Assembly: GCA_002269645.1 (NCBI GenBank)
Contig: NIVC01002728.1
Coordinates: forward strand, 81,819-145,818
DNA length: 64,000 bases
Reading direction: 5' to 3'
From: Macrostomum lignano
Lineage: Eukaryota
Shown here: in pieces, positions 36,201 to 47,105 of the stretch
Layout of the letters: each line of letters starts with the position of its first letter
Numbering within the stretch: the first letter of the stretch is position 1
Notes under the pieces: generated by a model
The model's input: the letters and a program-made list of their open reading frames with translations, nothing else
What the model was told of the DNA's origin: nothing
Databases searched by the model: none
Position numbers and translations under genes: made by a program

Positions 36201-36942
36201 AACACGTGAAAGTTTACAATCGGATGGACAAGTGCTGCAACAATTTGCTAAATAAATTTGCCATCCTAGTTAATTCAGCTAGCTGCGCTGTACACGAGTC
36301 TATTGAACCGTTTATAAGCAAGGTATTTCGATGCACTCGATTTGGCAACAATGTCAAACTGGAGAGCCGAGTGTTGAAATCGGCCATCACAGTGTGCCAA
36401 ATACAGGTGTTTGGCTACAAAACGCTCTTGTATCCCGACGTGAGGCATGGTGAGTCCAACGTTTTGCTGTGTCTGCTTCAAAACAGTGATTGCTCTATGC
36501 TATGCATGTATAATGAAGCTAAAGCCCCTGGTGCCCCTGGTGCTAAAGTCCCTGGTGCTAAAGCCCCTGGTGCTGCTGTAGCATGCAGGTTTATAACAAT
36601 TCTAACTACGCCTATGAAGATGTCTGATAAAAAGCACTGATCTGAAACCCTTCTGCAATATCCCCAGAGCATAAAGGATGCTTTCATGACGATCCGGATA
36701 ACCCGGAAATGGAACAAGTCATCAGCTACTCGTTTATGGAACCAAGAAAATGCCACCGAATGTGCAAACGCCTAAACAAGCTCTACTTCGGCTTGCAAAA
36801 TGGTCGAGCCTGCCTTTGCGGCAACAAGTACGGCCGGTATGGCAGCGCCGCAATAGAAAAGTGCAATCTCGGATGCGTGAGCGACGGAGGCATGGCCTGC
36901 GGAGGACGGAACTTCACCACAGTCTATGAGATTCTCGTGTGA
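33291..36942 (+). CDS. Secreted protein, signal peptide - F-type-lectin-like x2 - WSC (paralog 3), 428 aa
   Basis: Exons 33291-33447, 33907-34037, 34713-34999, 36013-36449, 36668-36942 total 1287 nt, with the same intron positions and phases as paralog 2. N-terminus MHLKWFSSLPDRNCVFLALLLQILFSTNVVG; motifs LAIDG, LCEIEVYG, YNRMDKCC, GCFHDD...LQNG.ACLCG. The acceptor at 36013 is weak and was chosen by phase and homology. Confidence 0.88.
33512..33787. repeat. 31-bp tandem array x9 (TATTACAGAATCTCATGATGAAGGCATCCTT) in intron 1 of paralog 3
   Basis: Period measured between 33543 and 33574. Confidence 0.95.
34140..34490. repeat. ~30-bp tandem array (GAGCCA..GGCATCTCAGCAACTCC.CATT) in intron 2 of paralog 3
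   Basis: About 11 diverged units. Confidence 0.9.
35068..35968. repeat. 14-bp tandem array (GATTCAGAATGGCA)n filling intron 3 of paralog 3
   Basis: About 60 units occupying ~900 of 1013 intron bp. Confidence 0.97.
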
Positions 36943-37289
36943 ACAGTTGCGGAACACAAAAGGGAACTGTTTGTACTATTAACAAACAATTTTTTCTTTG
37001 TAGGAAAGACATATTTTTGGCAATTTTTCTACCTCTACCTGTTTTTTTTACTGCAAACAAAAATTTAGGACTCTAGGCTTGTCTAACACGTTAGTTTAGT
37101 TTAAGCCGCGTCAACAGTTCAATATACACGTATCGATTGACCCAGCCCTTGCGCGCAGGGGACACGTCCTGTGCAGATTTCAAATTTGGTTGCTTTTTTA
37201 GTTTTACGCTCTTATCCCTCAAAATATGATAGCATTGAAATTGAGCTATAAACAACAACAGCAAACTACAGCAACCCTGGACAAGCCAA

Positions 37290-38615
37290 GTAGGGTTGCT
37301 GTCAAAAGCAGAGTTGCGCAGAATAGCGAGTCCGCGAGGATCAGAAATCTCAGCGGCTCTTAGAAGCAGGACGAAACGAAACGCAGACTTCCCGCCTGAC
37401 CAAGCCGCCGCGGCCCTTGAAGGGAGAGCAGCAGCACGTCTTGAAGCGGCTCAGGGCAGCACTGCTCTGCTCGGATGATGTCGCCAACCAGTTATAGGCA
37501 CCGGATGCACCGCAGCTGGCTGGGTCAGGAGAGCTGAGCCCGTCAGTACAGCTCGTCATTGCTTGTGTTGGTGGTGACGGTCGGCGAGTAGTGGACGCCC
37601 AAGGCGGCTCTCAGAAGTCCAGCATGAGCCGCGTCGATCAGTGTCCAGCTCAGTCAGTGTCCACGTTTCAACGTTGTAAAGGTGGACGGTTTCTATGACG
37701 GCCTGGAACAGCCGCCCTCTCAGCCGATCCGGCAGCGCGGGGCTCTGCAGGACAGTCTGCAAGGTGCGGACTGCGCCCCAGTCAAGCGCACTGCGCCGTG
37801 CCATGTCGTCCGTGATGCTTGGCCTGCCCGTTCGTGCAGCGGCAGGCGATCTCAGCTGGGAGGTCCGTCGGCACGGTCAGCACCATTGTCTTTTTGGTGT
37901 TTTTGGACAGTCCGATCATAACGGCCGCCGCCGTCAGCTGGTCTAGCAGGCGTTGAGCTCCTTCGGCTGAGCTGGACAGCAGCGCTAGGTCGTCCGCGTA
38001 CGCTTAGACGGAGAGTTGCTTCTCAAGGTGTCGCGCCTGCTTGTTCTGCGGCAGAGCAAAGATCCGTGGGAGTCGTCAGGGAGGCCGATGCGCAGTGCCC
38101 AATCCAGGACCTGGACGAACAGAAATATGTCGCAGGTGCCTCCTTATAGAATGCCGGAGGATATGTCGAAAAGTCGGAATTAGAGGCCGCTTGGCGTCAT
38201 AACTGCCGCCCTAGTCTCATGGTACAGAGCCATTACAGCCGTGATACACGCGCAGGATGTTTGCGATGACCCGCGTCGACACCGAGTCAAAGGCTTTCAG
38301 GAAGTCCACGAAGATGCAGATGATGGCTGACTGGCGGACGCGGGCCTTTTCTAAATTTGGATCACCGTGCCTCTGCTTGTCCGGAATCTGTTTTGCTCGA
38401 GCTGGAGGAACGGGTCCAGCACCGGCTGCAGCCGCGACAGCAGAACCCTGTTGAGCAGCGCCGTGCAGGACATTAGTGAAATCCCGCGATGCTCTTTGAT
38501 CTTGACGGTACCTACTGGTTTCTTTGGGATCCTGGCGATATGCGCAGTCTGCTACTCGACAGCAGGGGCGGGGCCCCCTACAGCTGGCACGAAGTCCATC
38601 ACTTCCGTGACTTCT
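37290..38615 (-). mobile_element. Degenerate RTE-like LINE fragment (RT to C-terminus)
   Basis: Minus-strand remnants IPKK..HRGISLM, FVDFLKAFDSV, YADDLAL, LFQAVIETV.LYNVETWTL, LLLSLQGPRRLGQ, with many stops and frameshifts. Confidence 0.9.
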
Positions 38616-38624
38616 AACATCACA

Positions 38625-38755
38625 CGACATGTGTGATACGTGTGATAACGTGTGATACGTGTGATAACATGTGATACGTGTGATAATGTGTGATAACGTG
38701 TGATACGTGTGATAGCATGTGATACGTGTGACACGCGTGATATGAGTGATACGTT
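38625..38755. repeat. ~10-bp tandem array (GTGTGATAC / GTGTGATAAC)
   Basis: Direct observation. Confidence 0.9.
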
Positions 38756-38832
38756 TGAGCTATATAAACTGTATAAAATCATAATATCAAATTAATAATA
38801 AAGGCATCCTAGTTCTATAATATGATAATGAT

Positions 38833-38975
38833 AGATTACACCCACTTGCCCTAATGGTCAGATGTGCAACCGACAGCTCAGCCGCAGCTATTGCGCGGCG
38901 CATCTGAAGGCTGCGTACGGCTGTTCAGTCCAAGGACTGGGGGGGGGGGTTCCACACACACCCTCAAGTACCCCA
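38833..38975 (-). mobile_element. SINE family A, 3' half only
   Basis: CAGATGTGCAACC.ACAGCTCAGCCGCAGCTATTGCGCGGCGCATCTGAAGGC matches 28862 onward. Confidence 0.85.
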
Positions 38976-39700
38976 TTTACTCACTAATTAGAAATGAATT
39001 CATAAAACCTGCAATGAGTCGAGCCGTGACATGCATTTTTATAATATTTAGGTACAGGAATTTACGTAGAAAAAAATTAATCTACATGCAAAATCCGAGT
39101 TTCCTAAACAAAAAGATTTATGAATATCAATAGAGCTATATAAGAAAGACACAACATATCAAACGACGGACATTGGGTCTGCTTCCTATCGAAAGTAATT
39201 TTTGTGCTGAAAAAATGGAAACTACCTTTCTGAGTAGTGTGTACTTTTCAAGAAAACCTGCCTCCTAAAATTCTCCACGAAACGTAGTTTGACCCCTGCT
39301 TCTAGTTGAGTAGTTCTGCATTACAAATTGTACTAATTAAAATAATTAATTTATCGTAAGCTGCAGCTAACTATATAGTTACAAAAAGGCTATCGGACCA
39401 ATCTGTGTATTTATTAATTTAACAAAAAAGACAAAAACTTGGCTGTTAATTGAAATGACACAACTTAATAAAGATATGTCAGCTAAATACACTTAAATAC
39501 AATTATGGTTCAAAATGACTAATGACTATCACCTATTTATTAATTATTCTAGCAAAAGAACATTAGCTAAGTCAAGAATAGAAAACTAATGTAAATAAAT
39601 AAATATACGTACAAATATAAATAAAAATCTTTACTTTCTACTTAAAGTAGACTACCGAAGTCCTGTATTTCATAGTTGTAGTTTCCTAGACAACAAACTA

Positions 39701-42700
39701 TTACAGCAGTTCAAATACAAGATTCCGATTATCGCCGCCGCAATACTGCAGATGCCGGCCTTCGCAGGGCATGCCGCACTCGGAGTCCGGGACTTTGCCG
39801 TGCTTTCCGAATTTGCTGCCGCACCAGCACTGCATCCCGCCTTGAATGCCGAAGTAGCGTTTGCCCAGTCTGCGGCAGATTCTGTCGCATTTGTTCACCT
39901 CCATGGCCGACAGCGACACTGGGTCTTTGAAGTCGCTTAGGTCCGGATCCTTTGGGCTGTCTTTGAAGCAGCCTTTATACTCTGCGAAATTGGGAATGTT
40001 AGGTGAGTCAGTGAGTAAGAGCAAGTGTGACAGTGAGTCAGAACAGGTTCTTCAGGTGAGTCACAGTAGCTGTGTCAGGTGAGTCAGAGTAGCTGTGTCA
40101 GGTGAGTCAGAGTAGAGCTGCGTCAGGTGAGTCAGAGTAGCTGTGTCAGGTGAGTCAGAGTAGAGCTGTGTCAGGTGAGTCAGAGTAGCTGTGTCAGGTG
40201 AGTCAGAGTAGCTGTGTCAGGTGAGTCAGAGTATCCGTGTCAGGTGAGTCAGAGTATCCGTGTCAGGTGAGTCAGAGTATCCGTGTCAGGTGAGTCAGAG
40301 TATCTGTGTCAGGTGAGTCAAAGTAGAGCTGTGTCAGGTGAGTCAGCTTAGCTGTGTCAGGTGAGTCAGTAGCTTCGTCAGGCGAGTCAGAGTAGCTGTG
40401 TCAGGCGAGTCAGAGTAGCTGTGTCAGGCGAGTCAGAGTAGCTGTGTCTGGTGATTCAGAGTAGAGCTGTGTCAGGTGAGTCATAGGAGCTGTGTCAGGT
40501 GAGTCAGGGTAGAGCTGTGTCAGGTGAGTCAGGGTAGCTGTGTTGGGTGAGTCAGAGTAGCTGTGTCAGGTGAGTCAGAGTATCCGTGTCAGGTGAGTCA
40601 AAGTATCCGTGTCAGGTGAGTCAGAGTATCCGTGTCAGGTGAGTCAAAGTATCCGTGTCAGGTGAGTCAGAGTATCCGTGTCAGGTGAGTCAGAGTATCC
40701 GTGTCAGGCGAGTCAGAGTAGCTGTGTCAGGCGAGTCAGAGTAGCTGTGTCAGGCGAGTCACAGTAGCTGTATCAGGTGATTCAGAGTAGAGCTGTGTCA
40801 GGTGAGTCAGAGTAGCTGTGTCAGGTGAGTCAGAGTAGAGCTGCGTCAGGTGAGTCATAGTAGCTGTGTCAGGTGAGTCAGGGTAGAGCTGTGTCAGGTG
40901 AGTCATAGGAGCTGTGTCAGGTGAGTCAGAGCTGTGTCAGGTGAGTCAGAGCTGTGTCAGGTGAGTCATAGTAGCTGTGTCAGGTGAGTCAGGGTAGCTG
41001 TGTTGGGTGAGTCAGAGTAGCTGTGTCAGGTGAGTCAGAGTATCCGTGTCAGGTGAGTCAGGGTAGCTGTGTTGGCTGAGTCAGAGTAGCTGTGTTGGGT
41101 GAGTCAGAGTATCCGTGTCAGGTGAGTCAAAGTATCCGTGTCAGGTGAGTCAGAGTATCCGTGTCAGGTGAGTCAGATTATCTGTGTCAGGTGAGTCAGT
41201 AGCTTCGTCAGGCGAGTCAGAGTAGCTGTGTCAGGTGAGTCAGTAGCTTCGTCAGGCGAGTCAGAGTAGCTGTGTCAGGCGAGTCAGAGTAGCTGTGTCA
41301 GGCGAGTCAGAGTAGCTGTGTCAGGCGAGTCAGAGTAGCTGTGTCAGGCGAGTCAGAGTAGCTGTGTCAGGCGAGTCAGAGTAGCTGTGTCAGGTGATTC
41401 AGAGTAGAGCTGTGTCAGGTGAGTCATAGGAGCTGTGTCAGGTGAGTCAGGGTAGAGCTGTGTCAGGTGAGTCATAGTAGCTGTGTCAGGTGAGTCAGGG
41501 TAGAGCTGTGTCAGGTGAGTCAAAGGAGCTGTGTCAGGTGAGTCAGAGCTGTGTCAGGTGAGTCAGGGTAGCTGTGTCAGGTGAGTCAGAGTAGCTGTGT
41601 CAGGTGAGTCAGAGTATCCGTGTCAGGTGAGTCAGGGTAGCTGTGTTGGCTGAGTCAGAGTAGCTGTGTTGGGTGAGTCAGAGTATCCGTGTCAGGTGAG
41701 TCAGAGTATCCGTGTCAGGTGAGTCAGAGTATCCGTGTCAGGTGAGTCAGATAATCTGTGTCAGGTGAGTCAGTAGCTTCGTCAGGCGAGTCAGAGTAGC
41801 TGTGTCAGGTGAGTCAGTAGCTTCGTCAGGCGAGTCAGAGTAGCTGTGTCAGGTGAGTCAGTAGCTTCGTCAGGCGAGTCAGAGTAGCTGTGTCAGGTGA
41901 GTCAGTAGCTTCGTCAGGCGAGTCAGAGTAGCTGTGTCAGGTGATTCAGAGTAGAGCTGTGTCAGGTGAGTCAGAGTATCTGTGTCAGGTGAGTCAGAGT
42001 AGAGCTGTGTCAGGTGAGTCAGGGTAGACGCCAGGTCAGGTCTTCAGTCATTATTCATCTACAATGCTCGTAGAACTACGAGTATTTGGCGATGTGCCTA
42101 GAAAAATCCCCCTTTTTACCCCTCAACTGCTCCGGTGTCAAGGCAGCGGTGTGACCGAGAACTTGCACTTCGCAAAGAGTCACGCGACCTGTTTTGCTCA
42201 TGTGTTGAACCCGCACATTGCTGCCAAATAAGTTGCACCGAAATGACTTAATATTGAACGTAGCTGGACTGTTGTATCTGCAAATGAATATCAATTTTTT
42301 TAAGTTTAACTTTTCATTTCAAGGGCCCAGTTTGAATTCAGATAAAAATTTAGTAAGCAAAACGCCAGAGACACTAATAGACACAGAGAAGCTCAAAAGT
42401 GACGCGTTCATACTATGAGACACCTGTCCATCACATGAGACACCTGCTTTTCTCACCTAAGATATCTGTCTAAGATAAGACACCTGCTAATCACAGTAAC
42501 ACCACTTGTTCATCACACGGGACACCTATATATCACGTGAGATACCTGTCTACCTCATGAGACCCCTGTCCATCTAAGATAAGACACCTGTCTACCTCAT
42601 GAGACATCTGTTTATCTAACCTAAGACACCTGTCCATCACATCAGACACCTGTCCATCACATCAGACACCTGTCCATCACATCAGACACCTGTCCATCAC

Positions 42701-44825
42701 ATCAGACACCTGTCCATCACATCAGACACCTGTCCATCACATCAGACACCTGTCCATCACATCAGACACCTGTCCATCACATCAGACACCTGTCCATCAC
42801 TGTGACGTTGCTAGTTTAAATGGTCCCGCAAAAGGGCCGTTGGACTATAGTTTCCCTTGCAATTTCTCATTTTGATTTCTCCGATAGTTTATTGTAACGT
42901 TTACTTATAGTAGCGTGCAAATAATCTGTATCAACTGCTATTTCACTGTGTATTTGGTAGGCCTTGCGCCCGTCTGTGAATTTTGGCACGATCGATAATT
43001 TCAAGTTCTCTCGCCAGCCAATGAAAACTCTCCGTGTTTTACGCTACCCCCTTTTGCGCTCTTTATTAACCCCCGCCTGGCGGCGGGCTGGGGGCCTCCT
43101 CACTTCGCGGTTCTTGTTTTCCTTCTCCTGCCTTCTATCTGCCTCCTTATCTCTCGCCACGGCTCCTCTGTCTGGGCCAGCCTGTTTACACTGCCTGCCA
43201 CTGTCTGCCACGGCTAACGCCAATCTCACCACTACGCATCTGCCTCTTCTGTGCTCATCGCCGCTACTCACCACGTTGCATCGCCTTGCATCACTCGCCT
43301 ACCACTCGACTACAATTTCTAATTCACCTTCAATTCAAAACCATTGTTGCAGCCGCCAGTGTCCCAAAAGCACAATAAGTTCTGTATTAGCATTAACCAA
43401 ATTTGAATATTGATCTCAACAATAAAACAACTACGGCAGTTACCTGCCTTGTATGCCAAGTGCTCCGCTACACAATCCGCTTATCAAGACTTACTCGATT
43501 CATTTTGGGACTACGACTTACGACAACTCTCGTAAAACGGCCCTTCTAAGGGTCATAGCCTCTACGCCAATAACGTGACAATCACATCAGACACCTGTCC
43601 ATCACATCAGACACCTGTCCATCACATCAGACACCTGTCCATCACATCAGACACCTGTCCATCACATCAGACACCTGTCCATCACATCAGACACCTGTCC
43701 ATCACATCAGACACCTGTCCATCACATCAGACACCTGTCCATCACATCAGACACCTGTCCATCACATCAGACACCTGTCCATCACATCAGACACCTGTCC
43801 ATCACATCAGACACCTGTCCATCACATCAGACACCTGGCACCCGACTCACCTGCCGCACCGCTGCGCGCTAACGGTGACCGCGAAATTGGTCAAATCCTG
43901 CTGACAACAGTCGATCCGATTGTAAAGAATAACTTGCTGCACTATCGCTGGCAGCTTAAATGATGTGGACCACCATTCGTACTCTCCCAGCTGGCTCATG
44001 GCGCAGTAGCCTTTGTTAGCATGCTGATGCTGGGAGTTCCCGTCCACCGCGAACCAACAGTTGTTAGTACCCTTGACACTGCTCTGATCGCAATCGGAAA
44101 GCTCTATTTTCCTGAAATATTACACAGTAGAATAAATATTCCTGGTCAGGCATCTGGGATCCAGCATCTGAGATTTGGGATTTGGATTTGGGATTTGGAT
44201 TTGGGATCTGGGATCTAGGATCTGGGATCTAGGATCTGGGATCTAGGATCTGGGATCTAGGATCTGGGATCTAGGATCTGGGATCTAGGATCTGGGATCT
44301 AGGATCTGGGATCTAGGATCTGGGATCTAGGATCTGGGATCTAGGATCTGGGATCTAGGATCTGGGATCTAGGATCTGGGATCTAGGATCTGGGATCTAG
44401 GATCTGGGATCTAGGATCTGGGATCTAGGATCTGGGATCTAGGATCTGGGATCTAGGATCTGGGATCTAGGATCTGGGATCTAGGATCTGGGATCTAGGA
44501 TCTGGGATCTAGGATCTGGGATCTAGGATCTGGGATCTAGGATCTGGGTAATCACGATACTTACGGAGGCGGATACTGCAGTATGGTCGGAAATGACAGC
44601 GTGGCACCTCTCACTTGCACGTCGCACACAACAATTGCCGCATCCTCCATTGTGCTCTTGATCTCTATATAGCTTGTCAGGATATCGCAGGGAAAGGTTT
44701 TAGTCAGAAATGACGTGTTAGATAAGTGCGTGTAGCAGACCTCACCACCGCCGCTGATTGTGAACTCCATCAGGCCGTCCTGTAAGCGAAATACAAAACG
44801 CTTTATGTTCTCTATGTATCTTGAG

Positions 44826-44866
<41 letters not shown>

Positions 44867-45688
44867 GTTTTACAAACCTTCATCCCGAGTCGTCTCCAGT
44901 CCGAGTTGATGATTCTCACGCTAGACACGTAGGCCGGGTTCTCAAGGTAGCCCTTCCAGCTAGCTTTGTTTTCGGTGTCCGTGTGGGCGCACTGGCTGAA
45001 CTCGTCGCTAACAGAGTCGTCGATGGCCATGACGCAGGCGTCTGTGTTGCTGCTCTGCTCGCAGCTGCTGAAGTGCAGCTTGGCTAAATGGATTCGTAAA
45101 TAAAAAAGCATTGCACAGTTATTAAAAACATTGAAATTCTACAAAAGTATCCCCAAGGTGAAATATCCCCAGGGTGAAATATCTTCAAGGTGAAATATCC
45201 CCAAGGTGAAATATCCCCAGGGTGAAATATCCTCAAGGTGAAATATCCCCAAGATGAAATATCCTTAAGGTGAAATATCCTCAAGGTGAAATATCCTCAA
45301 GGTAAAATATCCCCAAGGTGAAAAATATCCACAAGATGAAGCATCCTCAAGGTGAAATATCCTCGGGTAAAAATATCCCAGAGGCGCAATATCCTCGATG
45401 TAAAATACTCAAACGGTGAGACAGCCGGAATGTTACCCAGAATCCTCAAGGACAAATGTCATCGGAGTGTGGAAAACCAAGTTCAAAGCCAAGAGCCATA
45501 AACAATAAAATCATGAATTGTACATGTTAAGAAGGCAAAGTTGATAAAAAAACAAAGAGCTCACCCTCTCCTGTCCTGCCTCCCACCATGGCGATCACTT
45601 TTTTTCTACTCTTGTAGATTCGAGTGCCAGCTGGAGCTTGAGTCAGGCTGCTCAAAATCAGGGCCGCAACGAGCCATTTTAGTTGCAT
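39701..45688 (-). CDS. Secreted protein, signal peptide - F-type-lectin-like x2 - WSC (paralog 4), 414 aa
   Basis: Exons 45688-45565, 45083-44878, 44779-44565, 44111-43851, 42277-42120, 39981-39701 total 1245 nt, all GT-AG with compatible phases. Signal MQLKWLVAALILSSLTQA; motifs MAIDD, CAHT, VCDVQVRG, FAVDGN, EWW, YNRIDCC, LCEVQVLG, YKGCFKD..YFGIQGG.QCWCG..CGG. Confidence 0.9.
40030..42025. repeat. 2-kb ~23-bp tandem array (GTGTCAGGTGAGTCAGAGTAGCT)n filling the last intron of paralog 4
   Basis: Roughly 85 units of 21-25 bp with higher-order blocks, in a 2138-bp intron. Confidence 0.97.
42413..43837. repeat. 20-bp tandem array (ATCACATCAGACACCTGTCC)n, split by a solo LTR
   Basis: Units at 42413-42800 (diverged toward the left end) and 43581-43837. 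Confidence 0.95.
42801..43580. mobile_element. Solo LTR (780 bp) with a 5-bp TSD
   Basis: Ends TGTGACGTT...AACGTGACA; ATCAC duplicated at 42796-42800 and 43581-43585. Confidence 0.88.
44150..44548. repeat. 14-bp array (GGGATCTAGGATCT)n filling intron 3 of paralog 4
   Basis: About 25 near-perfect units, each made of two 7-bp halves. Confidence 0.97.
45148..45400. repeat. 16-bp array (CCCCAAGGTGAAATAT)n in intron 1 of paralog 4
   Basis: Direct observation. A (GA)n run lies at 44830-44862 in intron 2. Confidence 0.9.
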
Positions 45689-45989
45689 TACAACGATTAT
45701 AACTGACTGATCCTAGGCTTCGTTTGGAGAGCTCGAAATTTCGATTTCAAACTTCGAATAAAAAAAGGCAATGATTATTTCCTGGGTGCTCTAGTCTCAG
45801 TTAGTTCACTTGTTGTTGTCAGTTCAAACTATGTATGTTCGAGATATGCAGCACAACTATCGGCCATAGACAAAACTAAATCGTTTGATTTTGAGTAGAA
45901 AATCATAAATCAATAAAATTGTTACGTGTTCAAAGTGCATTGGACTTTCAGCATTAGCTGAGTCTGGTACTCTTGTTCTCAACTCTGGC

Positions 45990-46535
45990 AAAACCTGTTC
46001 GCAACCCTGAAAACACCTGTTCGCAACCCTGAAAACACCTGTTCTCAACCCTGAAAACACCTGTTCTCAACTCGAACAACACCTGTTCTCAACTCTGACA
46101 ACACCTGTTCTCAACTCTGACAACACCTGTTCTCAACTCTGGCAACACCTGTTCTTAACTCTGACAACACCTGTTCTTAACTCTGGCAACACCTGTTCTC
46201 AACTCTGGCAACACCTGTTCTCAACTCTGGCAACACCTTTTCTCAACTCTGGCCACACCTGTTCTCAACTCTGGCAACATCTGTTCTCAACTCTGGCAAC
46301 ACCTGTTCTCAACTCTGGCAACACCTGTTCTCAACTCTGGCAACACCTGTTCTCAACTCTGGCAACACCTGTTCTCAACTCTGGCAACACCTGTTCTCAA
46401 CTCTGGCAACACCTGTTCTCAACTCTGGCAACACCTGTTCTCAACTCTGGCAACATCTGTTCTCAACTCTGGCAACACCTGTTCTCAACTCTGGCAACAC
46501 CTGTTCTCAACTCTGGCAACACCTGTTCTCAACTC
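45990..46535. repeat. 22-bp array (AACACCTGTTCTCAACTCTGGC)n starting ~300 bp upstream of the paralog 4 ATG
   Basis: Period measured between 46321 and 46343; about 24 units. Confidence 0.95.
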
Positions 46536-46807
46536 TTCAAAAATCCTCACTGAAAATTTTAGAACGTTACAAAAGCAAACAGAAACTTTTAGACGCTGCG
46601 ACAATCCCATCAACTGCATTCCTTTAGTCTGCATTGTAATGATAATTAATTTATGAATGCATGCCAACTCAGAGAACTTTAGAAAGCTTTGAACCAAACT
46701 TTGATCATAAGAGACCCAGATGGATTGTCTCAGAGCCTCTTGTACACTTGATCCACCAACTATCAAATGGAGTCGGTTTTTTTCAGAATCCTGTTTAATT
46801 CAATAAT

Positions 46808-47105
46808 AATTGATTACACTGATGCCCAATGGCATGGGCAGATGTGCAACCGACAGCTCAGCCGAAGCCATTGTGCGGCGCATCTGAAGGCTGAGTACGG
46901 CTGTTCAGTCCAAGGACTGGGGGGGGGTCGCCACACACACCCTCAATTACCCCAGCTAATGCTGGCACCCATTTTACAGCTGGGTGAACTGAAGCAATGC
47001 AGAGTTAAGTGTCTTGCTCAAGGACACAAATTGTTCCAGTGGGATCGGGAATCGAACCCCCAACCTTCAAGTCGTGAGTCCGATGCTCTAACCGCTAGAC
47101 TACAA
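46808..47105 (-). mobile_element. SINE family A copy
   Basis: Minus strand TAGTCTAGCGG (A box), GGTTCGATTCC (B box), GTGTCCTTGAGCAAGACACTTAACTC and CTGTAAAATGGG. Confidence 0.9.

Noticed and set aside
40030-42025. Repeat array with short variable segments, superficially CRISPR-like (the 148-bp array was also considered)
   Set aside because: The variable parts are 5-10 bp, recur and are related to each other. There are no unique spacers, no cas genes, and the context is a eukaryotic intron.
44150-44548. G-rich short-period array resembling a telomeric repeat
   Set aside because: The GGGATCT/AGGATCT unit is not TTAGGG-like and lies within an intron.
47030-47105. tRNA-like sequences with A and B boxes (also ~29050-29128, 54207-54280, 55060-55130)
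   Set aside because: The acceptor and anticodon stems do not pair properly, and each is fused to a SINE body.
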